Position numbers and translations under genes: made by a program | The notes under the pieces: model-generated | The model's input: the letters and a program-made list of their open reading frames with translations, nothing else | Told to the model about the DNA's origin: nothing | The model's database searches: none | From: Carpediemonas membranifera BICM | Taxonomy: Eukaryota > Protista > Fornicata | Assembly (NCBI GenBank): GCA_019828565.1 | Contig: JAHDYR010000002.1 | Coordinates: 432,591 to 496,590 of the forward strand | DNA length: 64,000 nucleotides | Reading direction: 5' to 3' | Shown here: one piece after another, positions 32,770 to 44,299 of the stretch | How positions within the stretch are numbered: the first letter of the stretch is position 1 | Layout: every line of letters begins with the position of its first letter

Positions 32770-35700
32770 ATGACGCGCTCCCATACCCGGTTATTTGAGC
32801 GCTTTGTCGTTGTTTCAGTAGGAGAAGACTTCTCAGTGGTGGAGAAGCCCGAAGACGGTTTGTTCATCCCTTTACAACCATCACACAGATTTTGTACTGA
32901 GCGATGTTCATTTCGAGCCAAAAGTGAACTTCACGTATCCTTCCGAGCATGACGACACCTTGGACACGATACCCTACCTTGCCTTCCCTCTTCCACTCCA
33001 CTTGAGCCACGATCCTATGGATCCTACGTTTCGTCCCGTTACACTCACCAACACGGACGGCGAGCGCACATACGGCGGCGTTATCAACTTCCAGCGCCGC
33101 TTGACCAGTGCTGAGATCGCTACTATCCGTCAGTGCCTGGAAGCATGGCTCCCTGAACTCGACTCCTCAGTGCCCGAAGACGACGAGCCTGAGGGCTGGT
33201 TCGATAACACACCGCCCGAGACAGAGGTCGGAGCCACTCCTGCCGCCCGGAGGCTCGAGAGCCTCTTTATGGACATCCCCTCGCCGTCGGGGCCAGACAC
33301 GAGCAGGGCAGCAGGCATAGCAAAGCAGCGCCAAGCTGCGCTCAGGGCAGCCTCCCAGTTCCTCGCCCAGCCAGTCTACGTCGGCGTCGCCATCGCCATC
33401 CAGGGCCCCGAACCGATGTTCTCGACCTTCCAGTCGACTCTCTTCGCCCTGCTCCAGTCCGTCCACTTCCCAGCCGCCCCCCACGTCCCCCTGCACACTG
33501 CCATCAAGGCCCTGGTCGACACGGTCCCCCTCCCGCCCATGGGAAAGGCGATCGTCCAGTTTCATGTGGGCGGGCAGACTGTCACTAGTGCACGACCCTC
33601 TGTGAACTCTCTGCCGATGGCTGACATCGATTATAGGGCCTTGTTCTATCTAGTGTCTATTCCACACACGCTGCAGATATTTACTGCTATTTTGCTCGAA
33701 AGAAAGGTCATTGTTGTCTCTGACCGCGTGGAGCTCCTGCCCCACTTCATAGAGGCCCTCCAGTCCCTCCTTTTCCCCTTTGAATGGCCCCACACAGTCC
33801 AACACGTCCTCCCTCCCAAGCTACACTGGATCCTCGATGCACCAGTACCCTTCCTGGTCGGCCTCACAGTCTCTGACGCAGTAGACACCCTGGGCATCGT
33901 CCCGCGTGACTCAACACCCCCTGGTGACATGCCGGACGATATGGTGGTCTTGGATTTGGATTCTGACACCCTTATTCTCCCTGAACCCCTGCCTGAGCTT
34001 CCTGAGCACGCCCGACTCAAGCTTATCACACGAATGGGAGAGGTGGCAGACGTGTACGCCCCCAGGCATCCAGACATCACCTCCATTGGAGACGCCACCC
34101 CTAGGACATATGAGGCATATTCAACCGCGACCCCGGCTGGCTCTACGGGTCGACGCAGGGGTCAGGCCGGCTCACTAACCCGCTCGTCCTCCAAGTTCGC
34201 CTCAATCAAGCGTAACTCCGCTACCAAGTCGCTCTCAAATGCTGTGGCTGGCGTGGCATCATCAGTCAGCGGCATCCGCCTCCCCCCGCCAGAGGCCACC
34301 TCCTCCGGCTACGGCCCCCTGCCCACGCCAATCCCGCTCCGCGCCCCCTCCGCCCGACCCACGTCTAGGGGCAGGCTGAGATCTGATACGGTAAGAGATT
34401 ACGGCACTGTCAGGTCGAAACCCACGGTGGAAAGGCCTATGGTTCGTCAAGTCTCGACAGTCGGCCCTGCTGCAGCAGCAAGGTCCCCCGGCCCGAGCAG
34501 GATGAGACCACAGTCCGCTGAGCGTGAGGAGCCCGACTCGGCCAAGGATACCCTCGACAGTCTGGGGTGCATTGTGGTGTCAGACGGCACTCTCCCCCTG
34601 CCCGCCACGGTCGCCTTCATTCGGCACCTAGGCGCCCTGGACATCATCGAGATGAGGTCAGCCTTCCTTCGCTTCTTCGTCTCCGTGTTACAGCGCTACC
34701 GCCACTATTTGAACGCATCAGATATCGATTCTCCGTTTGATGGGAAAGAGTTCATCGCCCAGTTCCCCGAGAAGGACAGGCCGTTCCTCAATCAGTTCAT
34801 CGAGTCAGGAATCTTCCTCCACTTTATCTCTGAGTGCATCTCTCCAGACACTCAGGCGTTTGGCCTCCTTTTCTTCGATGAGAGTATTCTCGCGAAGAAA
34901 AACCGGTCTAGGCTCAAACTCCAGAAGGCAACTACCCCCTTCCTCGCCGACACGAGCGGGGCCGTCACCAGGGTCTACCGCGCCCCCCTGCCCCGCGCCT
35001 CGTCTGAGACGCCCCCGCCCGGCTGGCCCAGCCACATCCCAGCAATCGAAGACGAAGAAGAAGAAAGGAACGGCGGTGATCAGGACCCCGTGGATCTCTC
35101 AGTGCTCAACACAGAGATGGTGCTGTGTGTTAACGGCGAAGACGCTGGGGCACCGGAGCTGACGTTCGTTTCTGACCAACACAACCCATCCGCATTCAGA
35201 ACTAAGCCTAAGCGCCGCTCAGCGCTGTCTAGAGCGGACTCAGCGGCCACATTCGCTTCGTACACGAGCGAAAGGACCGAGCTCCGTCATCTCGAGGCGC
35301 CCATCCCGGAGAAACCCAAGACGAAACGGCCGTCGAAGAAAGACGCCAGGCACTCCTCTGCCGCTCTCATCCAGCGCGTGTACCGCACACACAGAGAACG
35401 TGCAGCCTACCTCGCCCTGCGTGAGGCTACCCTCAAGGCCCAGACGTTGTACCGTGGCAGGTCAGCCAGGGTGCAGTATATGGCCATGCAGAGGGCAGCG
35501 GTCATCGTACACGCACAGGCACGCTGCTTCGTGGCTCGGCGCAGGTTCCTCGAGCAAAAGAGAGCCGCTACTACGCTCCAGGCGACTGCTCGCATGCTTG
35601 TTGTCAGAAGGGAGTTCGTTGCCACACGCAGTGCCGCCATCACGGTCGAGGCAGCCATCCGCGGCTTCCTGGCCAAGAAGCACACCCAGCCCATCATCGC

Positions 35701-36187
35701 CCAGGCCGTCAAGGCGGGCGTGGTGTCGCTATCCGACATCTGGACCGAGTCTGGTGTCAACTTAGCACACCGGGCCGAGTTTGTCTTCAGCGTTGTCTTC
35801 TCTACCGCGTTCCTTGTCACGATCCGGAAGGAGATGGACGCTTGTGCCGACTGGGCTGGCAATGTGTCCTCTGAGAAGAAGGCGTTGTATAAGCAGCTGA
35901 GGAAGGAACGGCAGAAGAAGGGCGCTGCCGCCACGGTTGATAGAGTTTTCGCAGCCTATGGCATCAACGTGGCCGGAAAGAAGCGCAAGAAGCAGCTCTT
36001 CGCCGCCCTCTTCGCCGCCGAGACTGACGGCACCTTCGTTGCCTCTGCCAACGAGCGCTTGTTCAAGGGCAAACTGGGTGCGGTCGAAGTCTCTTATCGT
36101 ATGCTGAAGCTCTCAGCCACTGTCATCCGGTGGAGCTCGATGCTTTGTGACATCGAACATGCACTGGTCGACGTGGAGCAGCCTTGA
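32770..36187 (+). CDS. DENN-domain (Rab GEF) protein with IQ motifs and a NACK-kinesin-tail-like C-terminus; exons 32770-32857, 32889-36187
   Basis: A 31-nt GT..AG intron (32858-32888) joins RLFERFVVV (uDENN start) to the long ORF. cDENN motifs ILLERKVIVVS, LLFPFEWPH, LDAPVPFLVG; dDENN IIEMRSAFLRFFVSVL; IQ motifs IQRVYR, AQTLYRG, LQATAR, VEAAIRG. Confidence 0.88.
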
Positions 36188-36258
36188 GTTTGTAAAAATA
36201 GTTCAATGCCGCGATTTGTTTATATATATGTTACGGTTATGTAAATATGTATACGACG

Positions 36259-39200
36259 CTAAGACACGGGCAGCCATCCCAACAGAGCCTGCCTCAGCGC
36301 TAACAGGTCCCTATCAAGCGTGCCTACGTTCCTATATCTGAACAGCTTGGCCATGGCTCCCGATCCGCTCACCCTGAGAGGGTCGGCGCCGGTAATAGCC
36401 GAAATGACTCCAGACATAAACATGACATGCTCTCTAACCACATCCCAAGGGTTTGCAGCGGACACAAGGCGTGCATCCAGCCTGTCCAGCAAGTCTCGGA
36501 GGTTGTTGGCATGCGCGGTCTGTCCATTGCTGGACATGTGAGTGATGATGTCAGCAATGGTAGGCTTGAGATCGTCGATGTGGAACTTGGCGATACGGAG
36601 AACGGTGAGGTCTTGGGCCTCGTCTACGATGTCTACGGACGCCAGTCTGGCGAGACCGAGACCGGAGGCCAAGAGAGCACCGAGTGCTGCGTCGAGACTC
36701 ACACCAGGCTCGCGCACAGCGTCAAGAGCTGCCTCATAAAGCTGGATAGCGGGAACGTGCGCTGCAGGCTCACCCAATACGAGTCCTAAAAATGCGATGA
36801 ACTCCGCCTGAGTCAAATGTGCAGAAGTCGCCACGCGGTCAAAGAGCTCTTGGGCTTGACGCCTGGCCCTGACCATGGCGCCGCGGTACGCCATAACCAG
36901 CAGGTGGAGGAATACGAAGATATCTATGCGACGGGCAATGGAGGGCCTGGCTGTCTTCTGAGCCCTGGTTGCTGAGTCGGGGATGGTCTCGGTCACGTCA
37001 ACAGAGGCTGCGGCAGCCACACGGCTCGCTTCTTCAGCCACACCTTCGCCGAATATTCCAAGTGTTGCGTGTACCACGAAAGTAGCTCTGATCAGGTCAA
37101 TGTGGATCGACTTGCTCGGGTCTCTGTCGCTGGGCACCATGACACCAACCGGGGCACGCTCAGTGAGGGCTAGGGCGTGCAGAGCGAATGCCTGCATGTC
37201 TAGCGGCCACAGTCCGAGCAGAATGTCGTGGAAGGTGGAGATCTCCGGCGTTCGATCCTTATACTGCGAAACTGTGGCGAGGAGTGAGAGGATGTGCTGG
37301 TCAACGAGCTGCTTGAGGCCGTACTTGGCGGTGACAACCTCTAGATAAAAGTCGTCGAGAGAAGATGTGATCTGAGACAAATCAAAGGCGAGATAATCAG
37401 CCTGAATCTTAGATTGAAGTAAATCTCGGATCACCTTGATTAGCCACTGTTTGGGCTTAGCTGATCGCTTGCCGGGCTTGGTCGTGATAAACTGCTTCAG
37501 CTTCGACTGGGCCAAGAGGTTGTTCGTGTTCTCCTGGCGGTGCTTCGAGGCCTGTAAAAGAGCAGTGAAGCGGCGAACCCTGGCGGCAAGAGGGCTCCCG
37601 GCCGGCACATTGTCTCCAATACCGTTCTCGAGCGGCAATGACCGGTGGATCGAAGCTGCCTTAAACTGCACCGTTCTTGGGTCGACTGCGAGGATACCCG
37701 CGGGGTTGCCTGGTACAGGGAGAGCGTTGGGGTCTGAAGAGATAGGGTCGAGTGGGGCACCGTATTTGTCCAATATGCGTTCAACACCGCCTCCGTTGGT
37801 CTTCTTCGCAGCGATCCTCGCGAGACCAAATCCGGGTTTGATCGCTGGAGGAATCTGCGTGGTTCCCTTGAGCAAGAAGTTCTGTGCCTGCGACGGCTCC
37901 TCCGATGCCGATGTGTGCGCGCTACTCGCCCTCCGTCTCGGGCTACGGGAGGTGGGTGGGGTGCCCTGGGCTGAAAGAGCTCCTGCCCCGCCCGTGTGGG
38001 AGATCCGCTTGGGGGTAGATACAGAGCGGCGGCCTGTACCCTTGCCTCTGGGCGATAGGGCTAGGCTGAGTCGGCGGTTGTTGTCGAGAGCAGCAGAAGT
38101 GTCGTTGTCCTCAGCGGCGTCAGTGACTGCCAAGTGGACCTGGATGCTCTTACGACGATACTTTGGCCCGTCCTCACTGATTGAAGCAAGCGGGACTGTG
38201 TTCGAGTACGAAGGCGTGGGCTGGTCGTCCATGGGTAGAGAGAGCGCGCTGACCACGTCTGAGCCCGTATCGGCCCCACTGTCCATCCCTGTAGCCGACC
38301 CGGTTTCAGTGGTGTACCCTCCGTCGTCAGACATGGCAGCACACTCACCCTCGTCATCAGACGCCTCAGCACTACCCGTGAGAGTGTGATCAACGCCACT
38401 GAGCCCCCCCATGTCAACCGGGACCGGCGAGGTCGGGTTAGAGGTCACTGAGTGCAGGGCTATCGAGGGTATGGGGGCGGGGGTCTCGGGCTTGGTGACT
38501 GCGGCGGGTTGGGTGATGGCGGGCAGCACCGCGTCGGCCCCTCTGCTGCGGGGCATGCACCCCCCGACCCGCTCCAGCTCGGCGCGTGGCTGTCTAGTGC
38601 GTACAACCTCCTTCACCACGTCCGTCTGGGTCTCTGCGTCGTGTCTCAGGACGAGCACGCTCTTCCTCCTCCTCCGTTCCACCTCAAGCCGGTCCGTCGT
38701 GTCCAGAACCGTTGTCATGTCCCCGGTGAGCCGCATAGGGCCAGTAGACTCTTCTACAGCCACCGCCTCAGGAGTAAATGTCACCGGGTTGACTCGCTGA
38801 CTCTCGGCACGACTCGACTCGACTGTGACTATGAGTTCCGGCACATCCATGCCGGCCATTGCTCTGGACCTTGACCTGGGCCCTGGTACGGTGGGGCTGG
38901 GCTGGTCGTCGGGCTGGGGGGAGGAGAGCACGGGGGTGGGGTCCTCGTCGGGGTCGGCGGGCTTGGCCTTAGGCCGGATGCTGCGGCGGCGGCGGCGGCG
39001 GGAGTGCGCTGGCTTCTTCTTGGGGGATGCCGGCTCCTTCTTCTTCTCAACCTCCCCAACCTCTGCCTCGGCCTCAGGTTCCTGCTCGGCGTCGGACTCC
39101 GAGAGCACGGAGTCTACCTGATCGACGGGCTCGGCCTCCTCCGTCTGAACCTCGGTCACTGTGAGCGTGGGGGCGGCTGTAGTGCTGGCATCCCGCATAA

Positions 39201-39903
39201 CAACGGTGAGCCGGGCAATCAGGCTCTCCACGTCCACCTCGGGGACGAACTCGCTCGCCTCCATGCCTTCAGCCGCCACTGCTGCCCGCTGGAAGTTAAT
39301 GCGGGCAAGCCAGGCGTCTCTCTCCTTCTCTATACGCGCAGTGATCGCGTTGGTCCTTTCCCGCTGGGACTTGAAGGTAATGTGATACGCCTCGAGCTCC
39401 TCCTGGGCATGCTGGCTCTCCCTCTGCAGCTTCTCTACCTGACCCTGCAGCTTCCTCTGCACGTCGTCGGCTACCACGAGTCTTTCAGTCTGGCTGGTCA
39501 TCTTGGTCTTCGTATCCTCCATGCGGCGGCGAAGGAGCTTGTTCTCTGCCTTAAGGTCCTTTGCAAGGGCCATGGCTGCGTTCAGGTCGTACTCGAAGTG
39601 CTTGATGACCCGCGGGACAGACAGGAGAAGCTTGGAGTAGCGGGTTCTTAGCAGGCTGAGGATGGCGCCCTTCTCTGCCATCTCTGAGCCTGAGAGATCG
39701 ATGAACTTGGCAAACACGCGGTCATTCACTTCATTCTCATCGTCGGCGATTGCTGAGAGCTTAAACAGGGCCGAGTTTCTGTCAGCAAGAGCATCTTTCA
39801 ACCTCTCATCAGATTGGGCTGCATAGCCTTCCAGCTCGCTGATGAGCTCTCTAAGTTGTGCCCGCTTCTCCCTCGAAGGTACCATGACCTTGTCAGACGA
39901 CAT
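36259..39903 (-). CDS. Large coiled-coil/disordered protein with a C-terminal helical domain reminiscent of TSNAXIP1-like ciliary proteins
   Basis: ~1210 aa from ATG 39903. N-terminal coiled coil; WLIKVIRDLLQSKIQAD...SLDDFYLEVVTAKYGLKQLV motif. Confidence 0.65.
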   Translation of the reverse strand: MSSDKVMVPSREKRAQLRELISELEGYAAQSDERLKDALADRNSALFKLSAIADDENEVNDRVFAKFIDLSGSEMAEKGAILSLLRTRYSKLLLSVPRVIKHFEYDLNAAMALAKDLKAENKLLRRRMEDTKTKMTSQTERLVVADDVQRKLQGQVEKLQRESQHAQEELEAYHITFKSQRERTNAITARIEKERDAWLARINFQRAAVAAEGMEASEFVPEVDVESLIARLTVVMRDASTTAAPTLTVTEVQTEEAEPVDQVDSVLSESDAEQEPEAEAEVGEVEKKKEPASPKKKPAHSRRRRRRSIRPKAKPADPDEDPTPVLSSPQPDDQPSPTVPGPRSRSRAMAGMDVPELIVTVESSRAESQRVNPVTFTPEAVAVEESTGPMRLTGDMTTVLDTTDRLEVERRRRKSVLVLRHDAETQTDVVKEVVRTRQPRAELERVGGCMPRSRGADAVLPAITQPAAVTKPETPAPIPSIALHSVTSNPTSPVPVDMGGLSGVDHTLTGSAEASDDEGECAAMSDDGGYTTETGSATGMDSGADTGSDVVSALSLPMDDQPTPSYSNTVPLASISEDGPKYRRKSIQVHLAVTDAAEDNDTSAALDNNRRLSLALSPRGKGTGRRSVSTPKRISHTGGAGALSAQGTPPTSRSPRRRASSAHTSASEEPSQAQNFLLKGTTQIPPAIKPGFGLARIAAKKTNGGGVERILDKYGAPLDPISSDPNALPVPGNPAGILAVDPRTVQFKAASIHRSLPLENGIGDNVPAGSPLAARVRRFTALLQASKHRQENTNNLLAQSKLKQFITTKPGKRSAKPKQWLIKVIRDLLQSKIQADYLAFDLSQITSSLDDFYLEVVTAKYGLKQLVDQHILSLLATVSQYKDRTPEISTFHDILLGLWPLDMQAFALHALALTERAPVGVMVPSDRDPSKSIHIDLIRATFVVHATLGIFGEGVAEEASRVAAAASVDVTETIPDSATRAQKTARPSIARRIDIFVFLHLLVMAYRGAMVRARRQAQELFDRVATSAHLTQAEFIAFLGLVLGEPAAHVPAIQLYEAALDAVREPGVSLDAALGALLASGLGLARLASVDIVDEAQDLTVLRIAKFHIDDLKPTIADIITHMSSNGQTAHANNLRDLLDRLDARLVSAANPWDVVREHVMFMSGVISAITGADPLRVSGSGAMAKLFRYRNVGTLDRDLLALRQALLGWLPVS

Positions 39904-40140
39904 TTCGCGGGTGTGTTTGGATGTTCGTGCTTTGGGCAAATGTGGCAAAACCCCCGACTTTGCCCAGCACCTGGTAGACATGCCTTGAGTGCGCGAGTGA
40001 CACCGCCAGTGCTATTTGAATGACCCAGGGTGGACAGAGGTTGGATGCCTGTGATTGTGGGGTCACTAGTCTGCTGCTGCTTCGCCAGGGTTGGGCACAG
40101 AGATTAAGTAATGCGCCTCACTCTGGGATGATATCCTCCT

Positions 40141-40280
40141 CGTCGACGTCGACCCATGGACTCCGGGCGCCAGAGAAGGGTCAACTGCATTGTAAACTGA
40201 CATTGACTCCGGCCCGTGCCTGGTCCGAGTCTCCTTCCGTTATAAATCACAGTTCAACGCGACTGCCGTCAGGAAGGCTT
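40141..40280 (+). pseudogene. Orphan 3' end + 3' flank of the RCC1-like family
   Basis: gtcgacgtcgacccatggactccgggcgcc...ttgtaaactgacattgactcc...aatcacagttcaacgcgactgccgtc matches 10480-10603 and 30391-30545. Confidence 0.75.
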
Positions 40281-40921
40281 GAGAATGGTACAGGAGTAGT
40301 CCCATGCGTGATGCCCTAGAGAGTATGAACTGAGCACCACGCCACATGGCACAAACTGATTACCGTGTCAGAAAGAAAGAAATTTACGTTTGCCTGGTAT
40401 CAGGCCCCGAACTGCTGAGTACCGTGTCACTTTCCTGCCAGCTGCGGTATCATCCCAGTCGACCTCGGATTAACATATGACGGAGAATGGCGCGACTTAC
40501 ACATCTATCGGTGTCGAGACGCTCGGGAGTCATACTAATCAACTGTATGAACTTTAAGTCGTAAAATTGCTTCTACAATAGTGACGCGGTCGACTCGCAC
40601 AACCCCACCAAATCATGCATTGCATACTGTCCACACAAGCCGGACGTGGCCCGCTGATGCTGTGCTCCCAGTCGCACAGCCCAGTAACCTATCAGACGCA
40701 GCTATTCTCTGAGCCGATGAGTCAACTTCATCCAGGGCCGGGCACCGTGTCACAGAATCTTCACATTTTGCAGTCGGACACGTCATAACCCGAATCCCAC
40801 ACACAGAGAGAAGCTGCACGCATGACATGTGGGTAGACCACTGTTGGAGTCGCAGACTCTCAAAAATAAAAACAAAAATGAAACCGACGACACCGAAACA
40901 TTTTATATCAGCCACCCCCAC

Positions 40922-41731
40922 TCATCCCCTGACCCGGGACGCCACAGCACCCACCGCCCGCTTCACCAGTGATATCTTGCCCGGCACCGAGTCCCCTGTC
41001 GCCAAGGCAATTAGTAGGATTCTCTGGAGTCCAAAGTGAGCTAAGAGGAGGAAGAGGAGAACATAGTTGCAGTTGGTGTGGCATGACACCATCCACCCGT
41101 ACTTGGCGGGGTAGAACACACCCAGGCCGAAGATCATGGCGCCCTGGGAAAAGACGACCTGGATTTCAGTCCGTTCGCCCCGGGTTAGGGATAGAACAAG
41201 GACGGCGCCCACCACGACCATGTCGGCAATAGAGGCGTGGTGCGAGCAGACTATGAAGGAGTAGTACATGGCTGTGACGATGACGATACGGGCTTCCGTT
41301 GACCGTGTTGAGGCGAGACGGACGGCTAGAGGAAGCGAGACCAGGAATGGAAGCAGCGCGAAGATGGCGACGAACATGGGGCCGTATTCGCGGAAGACGT
41401 GGAGCAGGAGGACCCATCTCAGGGAGAAGGAGGGCTCAAGAGGCATGGTGACGGGGAAAAGGGCGTCAGTAGAGGATGGGAGGCTCGGGCTGGTGAGTAT
41501 ACGGACGAGCGTGGGGATGTATGAGTGCATGTAGCATGAAACAACGGCTGGGACCGCCGCAGCGGCGTTGGCAAGAGGGTGGTCGAGCGAAATGAGCAAA
41601 AGGGCAGCAACGATGAGAGACAACGGGATAAGCGTCGCATATGTTGCTTCCTCTATTCCATATTCAATAACAAACTGTTCCAACGCAGCGGCTGCGAGGA
41701 AACTGAGGAGAATGCCGACAGCACCCTTCAT
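40922..41731 (-). CDS. PIGU: GPI transamidase subunit PIG-U/GAB1-like multi-pass membrane protein (divergent, short)
   Basis: LEPSFSLRWVLLLHVFREY (cf. LtPN.GL.WYff.emF), SLPLAVRL, ASIAD, WMVSCHTNCNY (cf. W...gsaNaNF). Confidence 0.7.
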   Translation of the reverse strand: MKGAVGILLSFLAAAALEQFVIEYGIEEATYATLIPLSLIVAALLLISLDHPLANAAAAVPAVVSCYMHSYIPTLVRILTSPSLPSSTDALFPVTMPLEPSFSLRWVLLLHVFREYGPMFVAIFALLPFLVSLPLAVRLASTRSTEARIVIVTAMYYSFIVCSHHASIADMVVVGAVLVLSLTRGERTEIQVVFSQGAMIFGLGVFYPAKYGWMVSCHTNCNYVLLFLLLAHFGLQRILLIALATGDSVPGKISLVKRAVGAVASRVRG

Positions 41732-41863
41732 CTGTCCTCGGAAAACTCGCACAAGCCCTCCAAACAGTCAGCGACAGAAGGTTTGACACAGCTTGCGCCT
41801 GCTATCACCCTGCCCGCCTCTCATTGGATGGTGCAGTTTTATGTCTCGAACAACAAAAAAACG

Positions 41864-44131
41864 ATGTCTGGGCGCCCAAGCAGCAAGTCTACAACGATGC
41901 GGTCCAGCGCAAAACAACAGACTGGAACAAAACAGCCAGTAAGGTTGAAAATTAGCGATTTGGTTCAGCTCTGCGCTAGTTGTGACGTCATGATGGTTAA
42001 GTCCCTCCGCATCGACGAGTATCTGGACAACAACAACGTCACAGACGAAGACGATCGTCAATTCATCACGCAGACTCTCTACGGCCTCGAGCAGCACGAG
42101 GATCTGCTGAAGAAGACTCTACAGATGTACCTGGAGAGCGTCCCCACCGCCCTACCTACCGACGGGCCCGTGTACCGGGTTATGATCTACTGGATCGCCT
42201 TCCGTCTGGAGGAGATGGGCATGAAGCAGCTCATACGTCTAATCAGGACCCAGGGCAGTCCGAAGGCCCTGAGCTTCATCCGGTTCTTCACGGACAGAGA
42301 AAACGAAGCCCGCATCGCTGAGGCGTGGGAGCAGTTCTATGACCGGACGCACACTCGCGAGGTGATGCTTGGCGACCTCTACCGCTTGGCAGAAGAGGCT
42401 CAGGCCGACATCGACGCGCTCATCTCCGCAGTCGAGCAGCCCGCGATGACGGGCACGGTAGACGTCCCCAAGGAGGCCAAGACCACCCGCCCCGAGCCTT
42501 TCAACATCACCCAACCAGCTCCCCGCGCCCTGCCCGAGCCAGAGGTGCTCAGCACGGATTTCAAGTCCCTTGACGTTCCCTCGTACGACGACCATAAGAA
42601 GATCGCCAAGAAACTCGAAAAGGCCAAGATGGAGCGCAAGCCTGTGGTTCCTAAGGCGCCGAAGCTTAGTGCAGTCAACCGACCCTCCAAGACCCAGCGC
42701 CTCAAGGAGCAGCTGGCCGAGGCCGAGGCTGCCCCCGCCCCGTTCAAGAGCAGGCCCGTCCCGCCTCCGCCCAAGGCCACAGTCCGCCTGAATGCCACGG
42801 CCATCCTCCGTGAGGACGCTTTGTACCGTAAGCGGATCCGTGAAGAGGCTGACATGCTTCAGAAGTACGAGCAGGAGCTGAGGGATGGACGTTCGTTCGA
42901 GCAGTGGAGAGAGGAGCAGCTTAAGGCCGACGCGGAGAAGGAGGCGGTGCTCATCGCCCAGAGGAAGGCGGATAGCGCTGCTGCGTTCGAAGACGCCCGC
43001 GAGAGTCGTCTCTTGGATCTGTTGAAGAAACAGGAAGATGTAGCCGATATGCAGGCCGCCCTTGCCGAGCAAAAGAACATCAGCGAGGAGGAGCGGGCCA
43101 AGGAAGCGGCTCGACTCAAGGCAAAGGCCGCCCGACTCCAGCAAAAGATCAAGGAGGGTACAAAGAAGGCAGCCGAGGCTGTGCTCGAGGAAAACAGGAA
43201 GAAGTCAGACGTCGTGAAGAAGGAGAACGAGGAACTCAGGGCAAGAGTTGAAGCTGAGCGGGAGGCCGAGCGGAAGCAGCGCGAGGATCTTATCCGACAG
43301 ATCAGGGCCCTCGAGAAGGTCCCTAGGCCTGACATCGGACGGGAGTTCGACCCAGCTACCTCTTCAGGTCAGGGGTTCTTGAACGAAATGTCTCTGGTGG
43401 AGCTGAAGGAGCGGCTGGTGATCATGAAGGAGATAGAGGAGGCGGAGGAAGAGAGGAAGCGAGAAGCGATCAAGGAAGCGAAGCGGGCGAAGGAGAGCGA
43501 GCTGCTCGGCAAGGCGTCGAGGATCAAGAAGTACAGACAAGCGGCGCACGTGGCAGCACGGAAAGAGCGCGAGAGTAAGGTCAGCTCAAGAGCGTCTACC
43601 GCCAGTATGATTGAGCAGAAGCGGATGCAGAGCGCGGCACAGGTGCAGACGAGACTCGACGCCAAGCGGGAGAAGCGGCGGGAAGAGGCGCTCAAACTTG
43701 CTGCTGCAGCTAGAGAAAAGCGTGAGCATGCGAAGAAACTGAACGAGGAGGCGCGGCAGACCAAGCAGAGGTGGTACCGCGACTTGTCCCACAACGCTGA
43801 GAAGAAGCTCGTGCAGCTCGAGCATGAACGAAATGGTGGTCGTGAGGCAGAGGCAGTTGCCCGGCAACGCGACGAGGCCAACCTCAAGGCTTACCGGCAG
43901 ATGCAGGACGACGAGCGGGCCGCCAAGAAGGAGGCTGCCGACGCTCTTCTCGAAGAACAGCGGGCAGCTGCAGAAGAGGCTCGGATGCTAGAGGCGACGG
44001 CCAATGCGGAGAAGATGGAGAAGGTGCGCAGCATCAAGGCGGCGGCGCGGCAGAAGCTGGAGGACACACAGCCGTATACTGCGATGATGCTGGAGGAGAC
44101 GAGGAGGACAGGAACCGTCGCTGTAGATTAA
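41864..44131 (+). CDS. CFAP99: Cilia- and flagella-associated protein 99
   Basis: Motifs TTRPEPFNITQP, VRLNATAILREDALY, LRDGRSFEQWR, DLIRQIRALE, FDPATSSGQGFLNEMSLVELKERL; long coiled coil. Confidence 0.8.
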   Translation: MSGRPSSKSTTMRSSAKQQTGTKQPVRLKISDLVQLCASCDVMMVKSLRIDEYLDNNNVTDEDDRQFITQTLYGLEQHEDLLKKTLQMYLESVPTALPTDGPVYRVMIYWIAFRLEEMGMKQLIRLIRTQGSPKALSFIRFFTDRENEARIAEAWEQFYDRTHTREVMLGDLYRLAEEAQADIDALISAVEQPAMTGTVDVPKEAKTTRPEPFNITQPAPRALPEPEVLSTDFKSLDVPSYDDHKKIAKKLEKAKMERKPVVPKAPKLSAVNRPSKTQRLKEQLAEAEAAPAPFKSRPVPPPPKATVRLNATAILREDALYRKRIREEADMLQKYEQELRDGRSFEQWREEQLKADAEKEAVLIAQRKADSAAAFEDARESRLLDLLKKQEDVADMQAALAEQKNISEEERAKEAARLKAKAARLQQKIKEGTKKAAEAVLEENRKKSDVVKKENEELRARVEAEREAERKQREDLIRQIRALEKVPRPDIGREFDPATSSGQGFLNEMSLVELKERLVIMKEIEEAEEERKREAIKEAKRAKESELLGKASRIKKYRQAAHVAARKERESKVSSRASTASMIEQKRMQSAAQVQTRLDAKREKRREEALKLAAAAREKREHAKKLNEEARQTKQRWYRDLSHNAEKKLVQLEHERNGGREAEAVARQRDEANLKAYRQMQDDERAAKKEAADALLEEQRAAAEEARMLEATANAEKMEKVRSIKAAARQKLEDTQPYTAMMLEETRRTGTVAVD

Positions 44132-44299
44132 AGGCCTCACTTCAAGGCGTTGTCGGGCGTAGATAGTTGTTGTGGAATTACCGATGCGAGTGCGCATAAA
44201 ACACACACATCAGTGCGCCACGTCGGCTTCGCGGCTGGCGAGTCGGCGAGTCGGAAGGCAGTCAGAATTTGACATCTGCTGAACTGAGCGCCAGGAGCG

